Assembly: GCA_027532905.1 (NCBI GenBank)
Contig: JAPZUA010000001.1
Coordinates: forward strand, 1,111,950-1,175,949
Length of the DNA stretch: 64,000 bases
Origin: Magnetospirillum sp.
GTDB taxonomy: Bacteria; Pseudomonadota; Alphaproteobacteria; CACIAM-22H2
Reading direction: 5' to 3'
Position 1 is the first letter of the stretch, and each line of letters opens with the position of its first letter. The position numbers were made by a program, and so were the translations under genes. A model generated the notes under the pieces. That model searched no databases. It saw nothing but the letters and a program-made list of their open reading frames with translations, and had not been told where the DNA came from. Of the stretch, positions 9,881 through 19,132 are shown piece after piece.

Positions 9881-11242
9881 ATGTCCGACGACATCCCCAT
9901 CGCCGACCCGCTCGATTCCAAGATTTGGACGGCTGATCCCAGCCGGAGCTGGGATATCCGCCAATCGCGGCGCATCTGGAACTTTGTTTTGGCGTCTTGC
10001 CCTCTGATCGCGGCGCATCTAAGGGAACGAGGACCCAACGACATCGAGCCGGATCTGTTCGCGGATCTCGCGGTGCGCGCCTCCCGCGCCAAACTGTCGG
10101 ATGATGTCGTCGGGTCGCTCTGGTTTCTGGCCGCAAGCCGAAGCCATGTCGCTGCGGCGGGGGCCCTGGTTGGCATGCTCGCCCAATCTTCAAATACCAC
10201 GTCAATATCGATTGAAAGGCGACGGGCGATCCGGCATTGGCGCCGTCGTTTGGCGCGGGTCGAGGTGCTGGACGATGCAAAGCAATTGACGGCGGAGTTT
10301 TCTGCTTTGGTCAAATCTGCTGATCTGGACGAGAGACTTGCGGCCGATCGGTCTCGGCCCGAGTCCGGTCGCGAGCTGATGGTCCTGGCGCCAGCACTGG
10401 CGGCTGAGATCGAGCAGGATCGCGAGATAAAACCCTACAAGAGCCTCGGCGAAATGATGCGGCTTTGGCGACCGAAGACCTCATTCGACGTGCTCCAGAA
10501 AGTTCTGCACTTGGAGTTTCCGCATCTTGGCAGTGCTATCGATACGGTATTGGGTTCGGTTATGTCGGGGGGTGCCGATCGCGAACCGCCGGTGTTGTTG
10601 GTCGGCGCCCCCGGCCTTGGCAAGGACGCGCTGTGGCGGCGTGCATGCGAGCTTACGGGGCGGCCCTTCGTGGAATATGAGCTTGCTGGGACGGCCGATT
10701 CCCGCGCGCTCAAGGGCACCGCACGCGGCTGGTCTTCTCGGAATCCGAGCTATCCCGCCCAGGTCGCGCGGCGGCTGCAGGCGGCAAATCCCTGCGTTCT
10801 AATGACGGAATTGGACAAAGCGGGCGGGAACCCCGCGAATGGATTGATCGTCGATACCCTGCTCGCATGGCTGGAACCCGGATCGCGTGGACATTGGTTC
10901 GACGAGGGGCTGGGCGTGCCGTTGGATTTGAGCCGATTTACCTTCGGGTTCTCAGCGAACCGTATAGATCCGCTGCCGGGTCCGCTACGAAACCGGCTGC
11001 GGATCATCGCGATCAATGCGATCGCGCCGACACATGTCGATCTCTTGCTCGCCAATGTTCGTCGTCGCCACGCGACGCAACTGGGCGTTCGCGAGGGCGA
11101 CGTTCCCGAGCTCGACAAGCGGGTTGTTGCGCGGCTGCGTCAGGTCGCGCGGCAAGGCGGGTTGAATCTGCGGCTGCTGGAGCGGGTCATGCGCGCCGCT
11201 TTTCCTGAGCGGTCGCAAGCCATTTTCGCAAAATTCCATTAG
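9881..11242 (+). CDS. Lon-type AAA+ module protein with no protease domain and a non-canonical Walker A/B (GKD / TE), plus a novel N-terminal domain
   Basis: Residues about 230-450 align motif by motif with the Lon AAA+ module. GAPGLGKD matches GPPGVGKT. G..D...L.G..R.W.S..P matches the Lon [21 protein letters not shown] signature. NPCVLMTELDK matches NPLFLLDEIDK. FSANRIDPLPGPLRNRL matches ATSNSMNIPAPLLDRM. The N-terminal 220 aa are helical with no recognised domain. There is no Lon S16 protease region. A GGAGAC ribosome-binding site is present. Confidence 0.7.
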   Translation: MSDDIPIADPLDSKIWTADPSRSWDIRQSRRIWNFVLASCPLIAAHLRERGPNDIEPDLFADLAVRASRAKLSDDVVGSLWFLAASRSHVAAAGALVGMLAQSSNTTSISIERRRAIRHWRRRLARVEVLDDAKQLTAEFSALVKSADLDERLAADRSRPESGRELMVLAPALAAEIEQDREIKPYKSLGEMMRLWRPKTSFDVLQKVLHLEFPHLGSAIDTVLGSVMSGGADREPPVLLVGAPGLGKDALWRRACELTGRPFVEYELAGTADSRALKGTARGWSSRNPSYPAQVARRLQAANPCVLMTELDKAGGNPANGLIVDTLLAWLEPGSRGHWFDEGLGVPLDLSRFTFGFSANRIDPLPGPLRNRLRIIAINAIAPTHVDLLLANVRRRHATQLGVREGDVPELDKRVVARLRQVARQGGLNLRLLERVMRAAFPERSQAIFAKFH

Positions 11243-11254
11243 GGGCAGACCCCA

Positions 11255-11647
11255 ATGACACCGCAATCAATCTCAGTCGCGGTCACTTGGCCGAGTGATG
11301 TCTATCGCGAGTTCAAGGTAACTGTAACCAATGCCGCGTCTAAACAGGAAGTACCGAGCTACATTGACGCGGCTGCGAGGGGCATTAAAGAATGCGACAG
11401 CGTTCCGCGTACGGCGATCTTGAGACCGGCGCCACGCGTTTCGGTGATCCGACTTGCCGCCGATCCGACCTGCCGGTGTCAGATCAGCCGGGTTTCGAGC
11501 CTCGCGCCAAGAGGAAATTGGTCAAGGTTCCGGTTTGCGGTGAAGTGGGTGTCGCGCCTTGTCGCTGTGTGCGATGGATATACCGCCATGCGCGACTCGG
11601 TAATTCCGATTGCGGCAACACTCGCCGCGTTTTTTTTCATCAGATAG
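11255..11647 (+). CDS. Hypothetical protein, a possible partner of the Lon-like gene
   Basis: It starts 13 nt after the 9881 gene stops, on the same strand. The first 50 residues look protein-like. The second half is Arg/Cys-rich and may be an over-extension or a frameshift. Confidence 0.3.
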   Translation: MTPQSISVAVTWPSDVYREFKVTVTNAASKQEVPSYIDAAARGIKECDSVPRTAILRPAPRVSVIRLAADPTCRCQISRVSSLAPRGNWSRFRFAVKWVSRLVAVCDGYTAMRDSVIPIAATLAAFFFIR

Positions 11648-12273
11648 TCTTGCTGTGACTCGGCTTCCAAGGTTGACCCCGCCATTTCTACATCTATCAA
11701 ACCGATACTCCATAGAGTCTGGAGCGTTTCGGCGAAAAGAATCAACGTTAAAGCGTTCCCCTCTAGACCATCGAATCTGCGCTTAGGTCCATTGGCTTCT
11801 GCTTATTTATGCCGGGGTCAGATTTCAACGCCGGTTCACAGGCGGAAGCACTACAAAAAAATGGCTGCACTCGTCACTCAGATATCGGCCGCCAGCACCG
11901 GCGACGTTCGGCGAGATACAGCCTCTCAAACCGGTCGCCGGGATGCAGTAATCTCTCATTCGGCTTGGTTCAAAAACTCGATCAGGTCACTTGAATAACA
12001 TCGTTAATGCCCCGTCAACGCGGAGGTTTCGGCATTTAGGAAACCGGCGATGCATCCGAAAAAGAAGCTAGGCCTGAAAAGTCGATTTACTAGGATGATC
12101 TGCGGTGCGAGCGACCGACGTAAATTTCGTTGTTATGATCGACGACCTCGAAACTGCGGTGGCTATTGATCCTTTGTCGTATTGCGCACCGCGGCCGTAA
12201 GCTGGACCGAAAGTCGTTGGAGACGATACGCCTGATGGCGGTCGAACGGGTTCGCGATGGCGAAGCAGCGACG

Positions 12274-13527
12274 CTAAATAGGCAAGTCATTGGGATTCAG
12301 CTTAGGCTCAAGCTCTGCAGACCAAGAAAATGGTACCCCAATTGCGGCTACGTTCAGATCTGGGCGTCCATATCGCTGGAACGTTTTGGGATCGGAGTGT
12401 CCCATCATTGTGAGTCGGTCGCGCAGGGACAGATTGGTATCTTTGAGCAACGAAGCAAATCGATGGCGCAATACACGCGGCGTTACGAGTTTTCCGTCCT
12501 TTCCAAATATTTCACTCATGATCGCGGTGACCCTGTCATAGGCCTTCTTTGGCGACTTGACCCGCACAACCCGTAGGCCCTCCGGACCGGTCGCCTGCAA
12601 AAGCGCTCTAGTCCATGGCGCATCAGCCTTTACGGTAATACGGCGAACGCCAAGGCCAACATCTTTTTCTTTGCGGACCTTGACTGGCCGCAACTCGATT
12701 TCAACCAAATTGCAGCCTGGTGATCGGATGCTAACACCAAGAGCGATTTCTTCTGGGCGTGCGCCTGCCGCAAGCATAATACAGATTGGCAAATACCAAA
12801 TGCCGTGCGTGCGAGCGGCCTCCTCTAATTTGAATTCCCAATTTGGCGGAAGTCTTTTTAGACGTTCCCAGTATCGCTTTCGAGCGGGTGCCTTTTTGTA
12901 AGATGGTTGGGCAGACGTATCAAAAAGCGTTTTAGTAGCCCAAACGCAAAATTCGAGTGCCTGCAGCGCATATTGCCGCTCCCCATCATCTGACTTGCAG
13001 CAAATGTTGTTCCAATAATCCAAGGCGCTAAAAATCGCGCATTCGAGCCAGATGAGGCATGCCGTATGAACTTTCTTTCGATGCCCACCTGAAAATCTTC
13101 GGAGGTCGAATCCGTCGGTTCTTGAGCACTCCGCCTTATAAATTTTTTGGTAGGCGCGTTCTGTTTGCGCTGTTCGCACTGCATCAATTCGCGATCGCCA
13201 TTTTTCGCCGATAATATTTTGCGTTTGCGTCAAATGATCGATTGCGATTTGTATTCTTTCGAATTCTTGGTCTATCAGTTCGCCGTGTCGCTTTTCGCTT
13301 AAGAAAGAATGGTACTCTTCTGGCTCAAGCGCGTCGGCCGCGAATTCATATTCGAAGTATCGTCTTTCCTCGCCCCCCTCCCTTATTCTTCCCGGGGGAA
13401 GATAAGAGGGGGAAGATGATGTTGGAGATAGTGTAGGCACTTGGGCATGCGCCCGGGTTGAGCCCACCGAAGCGAGACCGCTAGATGCGGCGAGAAGCGA
13501 TGATCCTATTTTATCGGTATTGAACAT
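12274..13527 (-). CDS. Tyrosine recombinase / phage-type integrase
   Basis: The C-terminal catalytic region carries R...HxxR (LRHRFAS)...MGHSD...Y (FQRYGR) motifs. The N-terminal 200 aa are atypical. This is the distal end of the tRNA-Ala island. Confidence 0.75.
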   Translation of the reverse strand: MFNTDKIGSSLLAASSGLASVGSTRAHAQVPTLSPTSSSPSYLPPGRIREGGEERRYFEYEFAADALEPEEYHSFLSEKRHGELIDQEFERIQIAIDHLTQTQNIIGEKWRSRIDAVRTAQTERAYQKIYKAECSRTDGFDLRRFSGGHRKKVHTACLIWLECAIFSALDYWNNICCKSDDGERQYALQALEFCVWATKTLFDTSAQPSYKKAPARKRYWERLKRLPPNWEFKLEEAARTHGIWYLPICIMLAAGARPEEIALGVSIRSPGCNLVEIELRPVKVRKEKDVGLGVRRITVKADAPWTRALLQATGPEGLRVVRVKSPKKAYDRVTAIMSEIFGKDGKLVTPRVLRHRFASLLKDTNLSLRDRLTMMGHSDPKTFQRYGRPDLNVAAIGVPFSWSAELEPKLNPNDLPI

Positions 13528-14268
13528 GGTGGCTCCTTTCCTCGGCGACAGAAACAGCGCCGTGTTAGAGACAACATATTAGTTTTGATCGGAATGGGCG
13601 CTTATACCGCTTTTTTTCGTACTACCGGCATTCACTTTTTTTCAAAAGCCCGGGCTCCAGGTCGGCATCTACGGCATCAGATAAATGGCCGCCAGACCAT
13701 TAAGTCACTAAAATCTTTATAATTAACACGGCAGCAGCTAGCCGGACGGCGTCGCGGATCGTCGTATATGCCTCGGAGCCTGCAATCTCCCCGTTGCCAA
13801 GATTGATGAGACCACCGTCTTGTATCCCGATGATCGTGTCCCCATCGGATCTGGTCATTCCAAGAAGTGTCTTGATGCCGGACGCGGTCGGCGTGTTATC
13901 GATATTGGCGACACACTGCACGTCATTGCTTTAGCCAGAATTAAGGGATCCCAATATTTACATTATAAATGTGTAAATTTTAGTATCTTTGTCGGCCCCG
14001 CCTCTAAATCGTGTCTCTTACATGTCCTTCGAAAATGTTGATTTCGCCGTCCAGTTTGAGTGACCTGACTGAAGTACTCCACTGGATCTGTAGAAATCGG
14101 CAAATTCGAACACTTGTTGTCTGTGCTATTTTGCCAGAAGACCCGCAACGGCATCACTTGATTAAGGTTGGACGGAGATCGAGGTGCGCATGTTACGAAT
14201 TTCTTGTGGCGTTAGACTTCACGAACTAGGAACCAGACGAGCTCCAACACAGACATGTCGACAGTCCA

Positions 14269-14985
14269 TCAGCCGCCAGCACCGCGCGCCGTTGCCAACC
14301 CTGCAAGATGATGCAGAACTTCGTCAGCTTTCATGACGTCGGCGTACTTGTGATGCAGATCGAAAAGGTTGATCTTGTGGATCAGATCCGAGCGATCGAA
14401 GGTGCATTCTTCGACGACCGAAATGTGATATCCGCCCGAATAGCCATCAATACAAGTTGCTCTGACGCAGCCTGAAGTGCTCTCGCCGCACACGATTAGG
14501 CTGCGCACCCCAAGCATCGTAAGGTGCGATCCCAGAGGTGTTCCGGCGAACGCCGAGGCGCGCTGTTTGACGATGACGACATCTTCCGGGGCCGGCGACA
14601 GTTCGGGATGGATTTCGTAGTCGTCAGGCGATGAAGTCATCCGCTGCCGACGTGTCGGTTCGACCCCGCCTGGCTTGCTTAGTGGACGCGCATCCGACGT
14701 GCTGTAGAAAATGGGGATGCTTGCGCGTCGGGCTACCGCAAGGAGCCTCTTTGTTGGGTCCAGCGCATTCCAGGCGTTGATTCCGCACGAACTGGGCCAC
14801 TGCGCCTGAACGTCGACTGGCGGCTTGCGGCCGCCACGATATGCCGAGTTATAGAGATCGACGGCGATGATGGCAGGGCTCGGCCCGACGAACGTGCGAC
14901 GGGCGTAGGCACTGTAGATCGTGAGCGTGTCGCGATCGACCACGTCTTTCCAGCAGTGGTCTTCAAACGCTTCGATTTCTGCCAT
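14269..14985 (-). CDS. Isochorismatase-family cysteine hydrolase (amidohydrolase)
   Basis: The motif IVCGESTSGCVRAT with a catalytic Cys is typical of the isochorismatase/CSHase/maleamate-amidohydrolase family. Confidence 0.75.
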   Translation of the reverse strand: MAEIEAFEDHCWKDVVDRDTLTIYSAYARRTFVGPSPAIIAVDLYNSAYRGGRKPPVDVQAQWPSSCGINAWNALDPTKRLLAVARRASIPIFYSTSDARPLSKPGGVEPTRRQRMTSSPDDYEIHPELSPAPEDVVIVKQRASAFAGTPLGSHLTMLGVRSLIVCGESTSGCVRATCIDGYSGGYHISVVEECTFDRSDLIHKINLFDLHHKYADVMKADEVLHHLAGLATARGAGG

Positions 14986-15038
14986 GGTTCAAGGCTCCTG
15001 ATCTGTGAATTGGGTGGCGATGCGCGATGCGCCCGCAA

Positions 15039-16346
15039 TCAGTTTTTGGCGCCGAGACCCGCCCGGAACTCAGGATGAGCCACCGGCTTCCTAGTCGATG
15101 TATCCGGCCTGCTATCGCCTGCCTCGATGAAGGTGACCGCAATTGCGGCCACGAAGCACAGCAGTCCGGAAATCACGAAGGCAGAAAAGTAGTCGCTATA
15201 TGTCACTCGGATCAGCGCTGCAAAGGCAGCCGCCGAGGCCCCTCCCAACTGGTGGCACACGAACACCCAGCCGAATACCAGCGGTGCGCGCTCGCGGCCA
15301 AACGTATTGGCCAATATGCGGACGGTCGGTGAAACGGTCGCGAACCAACCCAGACCGAAAAATGCAGCAAATATCGACATGGTATAGATATCGTCAAACG
15401 AGAACGGCAGATAGAGAAGCGATACCCCTCTGACGCCGTAATAGATCGCCAACAGGCTGCGATTGTCGAACTTGTCCGAAAGCCAGCCCGACAGGGAAGT
15501 GCCAAAGAAATTGAACATACCCATCGTTGCGAGAAGCGCCGCTCCGGTGATCTCTGAATATCCGTGATCGACGCAGGCAGGAATCAGGTGCGTCCCGAGC
15601 AATCCGTTCGTCGATGCGCCGCAGACAAAAAATGTCCCACTGATCAACCAAAAATTTCGGTTTGAACTTGCATTGCGAAGCGCCAGAAATGCGAGTGCGA
15701 AAGGATTTTCATGTCGGCTGGAGATCGGCTCGATCGGTTGCGTCTCGCCGTAAGGCAACATGCCCACGTCGGATGGCCGATCTCGGAAGAAAATCACGAC
15801 GAGCGGCAGCAGCGTGCAAAGTACGCCAACGATGCAAACAAGCGTGATACGCCATCCGTAGGCAGAATTGACGCTAGCCATCGCGGGCAGGAAAATCAGT
15901 TGGCCTGTCGCGGCAGCCCCCGAGAATATCCCGATGACTAGGCCTCGTTTCGTCGTGAACCATCTGGACGCGACCGTTGCGGCGAGAACCGTCGCCAGAA
16001 AGCCGGTACCCGTTCCGACGAGAACGCCCCACACGACGATCAACTGCCAGACGTGCTCCATGAAGGCTGTCGCTGCGATTGCCCCGGCGAGGACGAGAAG
16101 CGCGACGAGGATGCATCGCCGAACGCCATATCGTTCCATGATCGCGACCGCAAACGGCGCAATGAGCCCATAGAGCAGGAGATTCAAAGATACGGCGAAG
16201 CTGATCGTCGCCCGAGACCATCCGAATTCCTGCTCAAGCGGCAGTATCAGGACACCGGGCGTTGCCCGTATTCCGGCACCGGCCAAGAGGACGAGGCTTG
16301 TCACGCCGACGATGATCCAGCAATAGTCGATCGGCAGTTTTCTCAT
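15039..16346 (-). CDS. MFS transporter
   Basis: A 12-TM hydrophobic profile with MFS signature loops. Confidence 0.8.
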   Translation of the reverse strand: MRKLPIDYCWIIVGVTSLVLLAGAGIRATPGVLILPLEQEFGWSRATISFAVSLNLLLYGLIAPFAVAIMERYGVRRCILVALLVLAGAIAATAFMEHVWQLIVVWGVLVGTGTGFLATVLAATVASRWFTTKRGLVIGIFSGAAATGQLIFLPAMASVNSAYGWRITLVCIVGVLCTLLPLVVIFFRDRPSDVGMLPYGETQPIEPISSRHENPFALAFLALRNASSNRNFWLISGTFFVCGASTNGLLGTHLIPACVDHGYSEITGAALLATMGMFNFFGTSLSGWLSDKFDNRSLLAIYYGVRGVSLLYLPFSFDDIYTMSIFAAFFGLGWFATVSPTVRILANTFGRERAPLVFGWVFVCHQLGGASAAAFAALIRVTYSDYFSAFVISGLLCFVAAIAVTFIEAGDSRPDTSTRKPVAHPEFRAGLGAKN

Positions 16347-16411
16347 GATTTCGTGGTTCTTCTTCGTCCAGAATTTGAAGCGAACAGATCCTGCCGCTGA
16401 GCGAAATCCGT

Positions 16412-17236
16412 CTAGTATGGCTTCTCGCCCAGCAGCGTCAGTCGACGAAGCAGTCTGCGCTCGCTTGAGTCAAAATCCGTTCTAGCATGCAGGCAGGACC
16501 GATTGTCCCAGAACATCAGATCGCCGACGGTCCATACGTGCTCGTAAACATAACTTTGCTGCTCTTGATGCGCGAAAAGCTCGTTCAAGATGGCATCACT
16601 TTCATCTCTCGGCATTCCGACGATGTACTGGGTCAGTAGCCTGTTTACATAGAGCGCCTTTCGGCCCGTCGGAGGGTGTGTCCGGAAAATCGGATGAATG
16701 AAACTTCTGGGTCCGAGGTTCGCCGACGACGGTCGAAGCGTACTGACCGTGTCGTAGCTATGCATCGCTGACTTTCCAGACAGCGCGGCCTTAAGGTGTG
16801 TCGGCAGGTCGTCGTACGCCTGAAGCGCATTGGCGAAGAGGGTGTTCCCGCCTTTCGACGGAATCTCCAACGCATAGAGCATCGTTCCGGTCGCTGGCTT
16901 TTCGATATAGGTCTGATCCGAGTGGAAGTGCATTTCGCCGTCGGGTAGGGAGCCGATCAACTTCCCGTCTTCCCGAATGTTCGAGATCAGCATGATCGCG
17001 GGATTCGATTTCGCTGCACGCTCGGCGTTTGCCGTTTTTGCAAGCGGTCCGAAACGTTCTGCAAATCGTATCTGCGCGTTTTCGCCGATCTTTTGACCCC
17101 GGAACAGGATCACACAGTGCCTTTCCCACTCCTGCCGAATACGGGAAAATTGGTTTTCGGTGAGGTCTTCCGAAAGGTCGAAACCAACCGCTTCAGTGCC
17201 GATAGCTTCCGAAAGGGGCCTAAACTCAAGCGCCAT
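16412..17236 (-). CDS. TauD/TfdA-family Fe(II)/2-oxoglutarate-dependent dioxygenase
   Basis: An HxD...H iron triad is present (HSDQTY...H) with the TauD-like C-terminus WDNRSCLHAR. An ATG at 17236 has a GGGAGA ribosome-binding site. Confidence 0.8.
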   Translation of the reverse strand: MALEFRPLSEAIGTEAVGFDLSEDLTENQFSRIRQEWERHCVILFRGQKIGENAQIRFAERFGPLAKTANAERAAKSNPAIMLISNIREDGKLIGSLPDGEMHFHSDQTYIEKPATGTMLYALEIPSKGGNTLFANALQAYDDLPTHLKAALSGKSAMHSYDTVSTLRPSSANLGPRSFIHPIFRTHPPTGRKALYVNRLLTQYIVGMPRDESDAILNELFAHQEQQSYVYEHVWTVGDLMFWDNRSCLHARTDFDSSERRLLRRLTLLGEKPY

Positions 17237-17589
17237 GGAGTTGTCTCCCATGATCCGTTTCCGACAAAGATAGACTGGAGAAACTTGTAGGAAGGTCGAC
17301 TCGCATTCGATCAACGGCGATCTTCAAGGCTTGCGCAAATGGCACCTCGCTCAGATTGCACAAATCGGGTGGGGTAGATTGGGAGAAATCCCCAAATGAA
17401 TAAGCACCAGCCATAGAAGTACGCATAGGAGTGCTGTATTTAAGAGGTCTAGCGCAAAGACAGATACATTGGACTTCAAGCGAGCGTAGATCAGCATGTC
17501 TGATTACCTCAGCTAGGAGATTCAGCCGAATTGCGGCCCGGAGATCTTCAATAGTCTACGGACGCGTTGAGCACGACGCACCGACATCG

Positions 17590-18573
17590 CTACCTTACCT
17601 TCGCAAGGGTATTCTCGCCCAGAGAGCCGAGAGCGCTTACGCGGTTGTTCTTTTTCAACCAATCGAGAAGATCCCTAAGCTGCCGATCCCGCTCTCGAAC
17701 GCGCTGGTCGTTGTTCTCGTCCCAGCGATACCATCCAGCTCCCGCCGATGCGCCGATCTGGCCGCTGTCGGCCAGATTCTTCAGGATAGCCGGCGGCGCG
17801 AAGTGGGCGTTGCCGGTTGCCTTGTAGATGTAGTCCATGACGGCCACGATGGTTTTCTTGCTGGTCGAAAGATCCTCCTGCATCATCGGACCCCATAGTG
17901 CCAGCCTAGGACCGATGCTAAGTCGCACGGCCATATCGATGTCGTGGGCAGTCGATACGCCCTCTTCAAGGATTTTTTGAACTTCCGCTTTCAGCGCATA
18001 CTGGATTCGATTGATTATGAATCCGGGGCACTCGCGACAAACGATCCCCACGTGATCGATGGTTTCGAGAAAGCTCTGGGCCCGCACGACGAACTCGGGT
18101 GCCGTGAAGTCGGCCGTGATGATCTCGACAGCCTGGATCAAATGCGCCGGCGCGACGTAATGGATGCCGATCACCCGCCGCCGCCCCGGAACATCCACAC
18201 AGATCTCGCTGAGCAGGAATGAAGACGTATTCGTGGCCAGCATTACGTCTCCGGCACACATTTCGTCGAGCTGCCGGAAGAGCGCACGCTTCGCTTCGAG
18301 ATCCTCGTGGATGATTTCATGAACGAGGGTTGCGCCCTGGACGCAGCTCTCGAGAGAATCGTGAAGCTTTATCCGGTCGAGTATCTCGTCCTGCGCTTCC
18401 TTGGACTCCGCGAGATTCCCGAGGATGGGGCGCACCCGATCAGCAAACCCGTCAAGGCTCTTCCGGTTCTGATCGTAGAGGCCGACTCGGTGCCCGCGGG
18501 CAGCACACAATGCGGCGATGACCGTCCCCATAAGTCCTGCGCCGACGATTGCGATCGAGCCATTCATGGTCAT
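17590..18573 (-). CDS. 3-hydroxyacyl-CoA (3-hydroxybutyryl-CoA) dehydrogenase family protein
   Basis: The motif IAIVGAGLMG is a Rossmann fold. The C-terminal 3HCDH domain is present. Confidence 0.8.
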   Translation of the reverse strand: MTMNGSIAIVGAGLMGTVIAALCAARGHRVGLYDQNRKSLDGFADRVRPILGNLAESKEAQDEILDRIKLHDSLESCVQGATLVHEIIHEDLEAKRALFRQLDEMCAGDVMLATNTSSFLLSEICVDVPGRRRVIGIHYVAPAHLIQAVEIITADFTAPEFVVRAQSFLETIDHVGIVCRECPGFIINRIQYALKAEVQKILEEGVSTAHDIDMAVRLSIGPRLALWGPMMQEDLSTSKKTIVAVMDYIYKATGNAHFAPPAILKNLADSGQIGASAGAGWYRWDENNDQRVRERDRQLRDLLDWLKKNNRVSALGSLGENTLAKVR

Positions 18574-18634
18574 CCTTCTTTCCTTTACCCATTTCCCGAA
18601 AACGGCCCGGCTATTGGACGGTCAATTCGAAGAA

Positions 18635-18673
18635 GTGTACCAAAAATCACTCTAGTGTCCAATTTTGGAACAC
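18635..18673. promoter_or_regulatory. Inverted motif pair GTGTACCAAAAA...TTTTGGAACAC (copy A of a 47-bp repeat)
   Basis: GTGTACCAAAAA lies at 18635-18646 and TTTTGGAACAC at 18663-18673. The pair is upstream of the 3HCDH gene. Confidence 0.5.
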
Positions 18674-18850
18674 TACATACTTGGATACTCAGTGATTATC
18701 TTCATGATCGAAGCCATTTCCAGGCATCGCCAGCATGCACACCCTCGCTTGTTCGCCGTAGGCGCCCATAGGACAGTCTGAGCAGTTTGCGAACCGGAGT
18801 GCTTTCGGCTCATCGTCATCGTGAATGGGACGAGGATGAGACCGATGTAA

Positions 18851-19093
18851 CAGACCCCGCCGAACGACACAGCCCAGCGCGACGAGCTGCTCGATGGCGA
18901 GATCTTCTACAGCCAGGCCGAAGCCAAAGTGCTGATCGAGGGTTGGGGGCGGCACTACAGCACGATCCGCCCGCACAGCAGCCTTGGCCATCAACCGCCA
19001 GCCCCGGAAACCGCAACGCCACCATCGCCGCCTTCCGGTTCCGCTTCGCTCCACCTACTGCCGGCAATGGTGAAGGAGGCCACAATGCACTAA
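18851..19093 (+). pseudogene. IS3-family transposase (OrfB integrase core) C-terminal remnant
   Basis: The translation ...NDTAQRDELLDGEIFYSQAEAKVLIEGWGRHYSTIRPHSSLGHQPPAPE matches the conserved IS3-family OrfB tail. It is truncated by an in-frame TAA at 18848 and has no N-terminal part. Confidence 0.7.
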
Positions 19094-19132
19094 CAGTTTA
19101 TCCGGACCACTCGATGGGGGGCGACCGCCATA

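Noticed and set aside
8590-14300. An attR direct repeat of the tRNA-Ala 3' end.
   Set aside because: No match of 15 bp or more to ...CGCTTGGCTCCACCA could be found by eye. This needs a computational repeat search, so the island's right boundary remains unassigned.
17431-17898. A plus-strand 155-aa ORF overlapping the 3' end of the 3HCDH gene.
   Set aside because: It is antisense to a well-supported gene and its product looks like frame noise.
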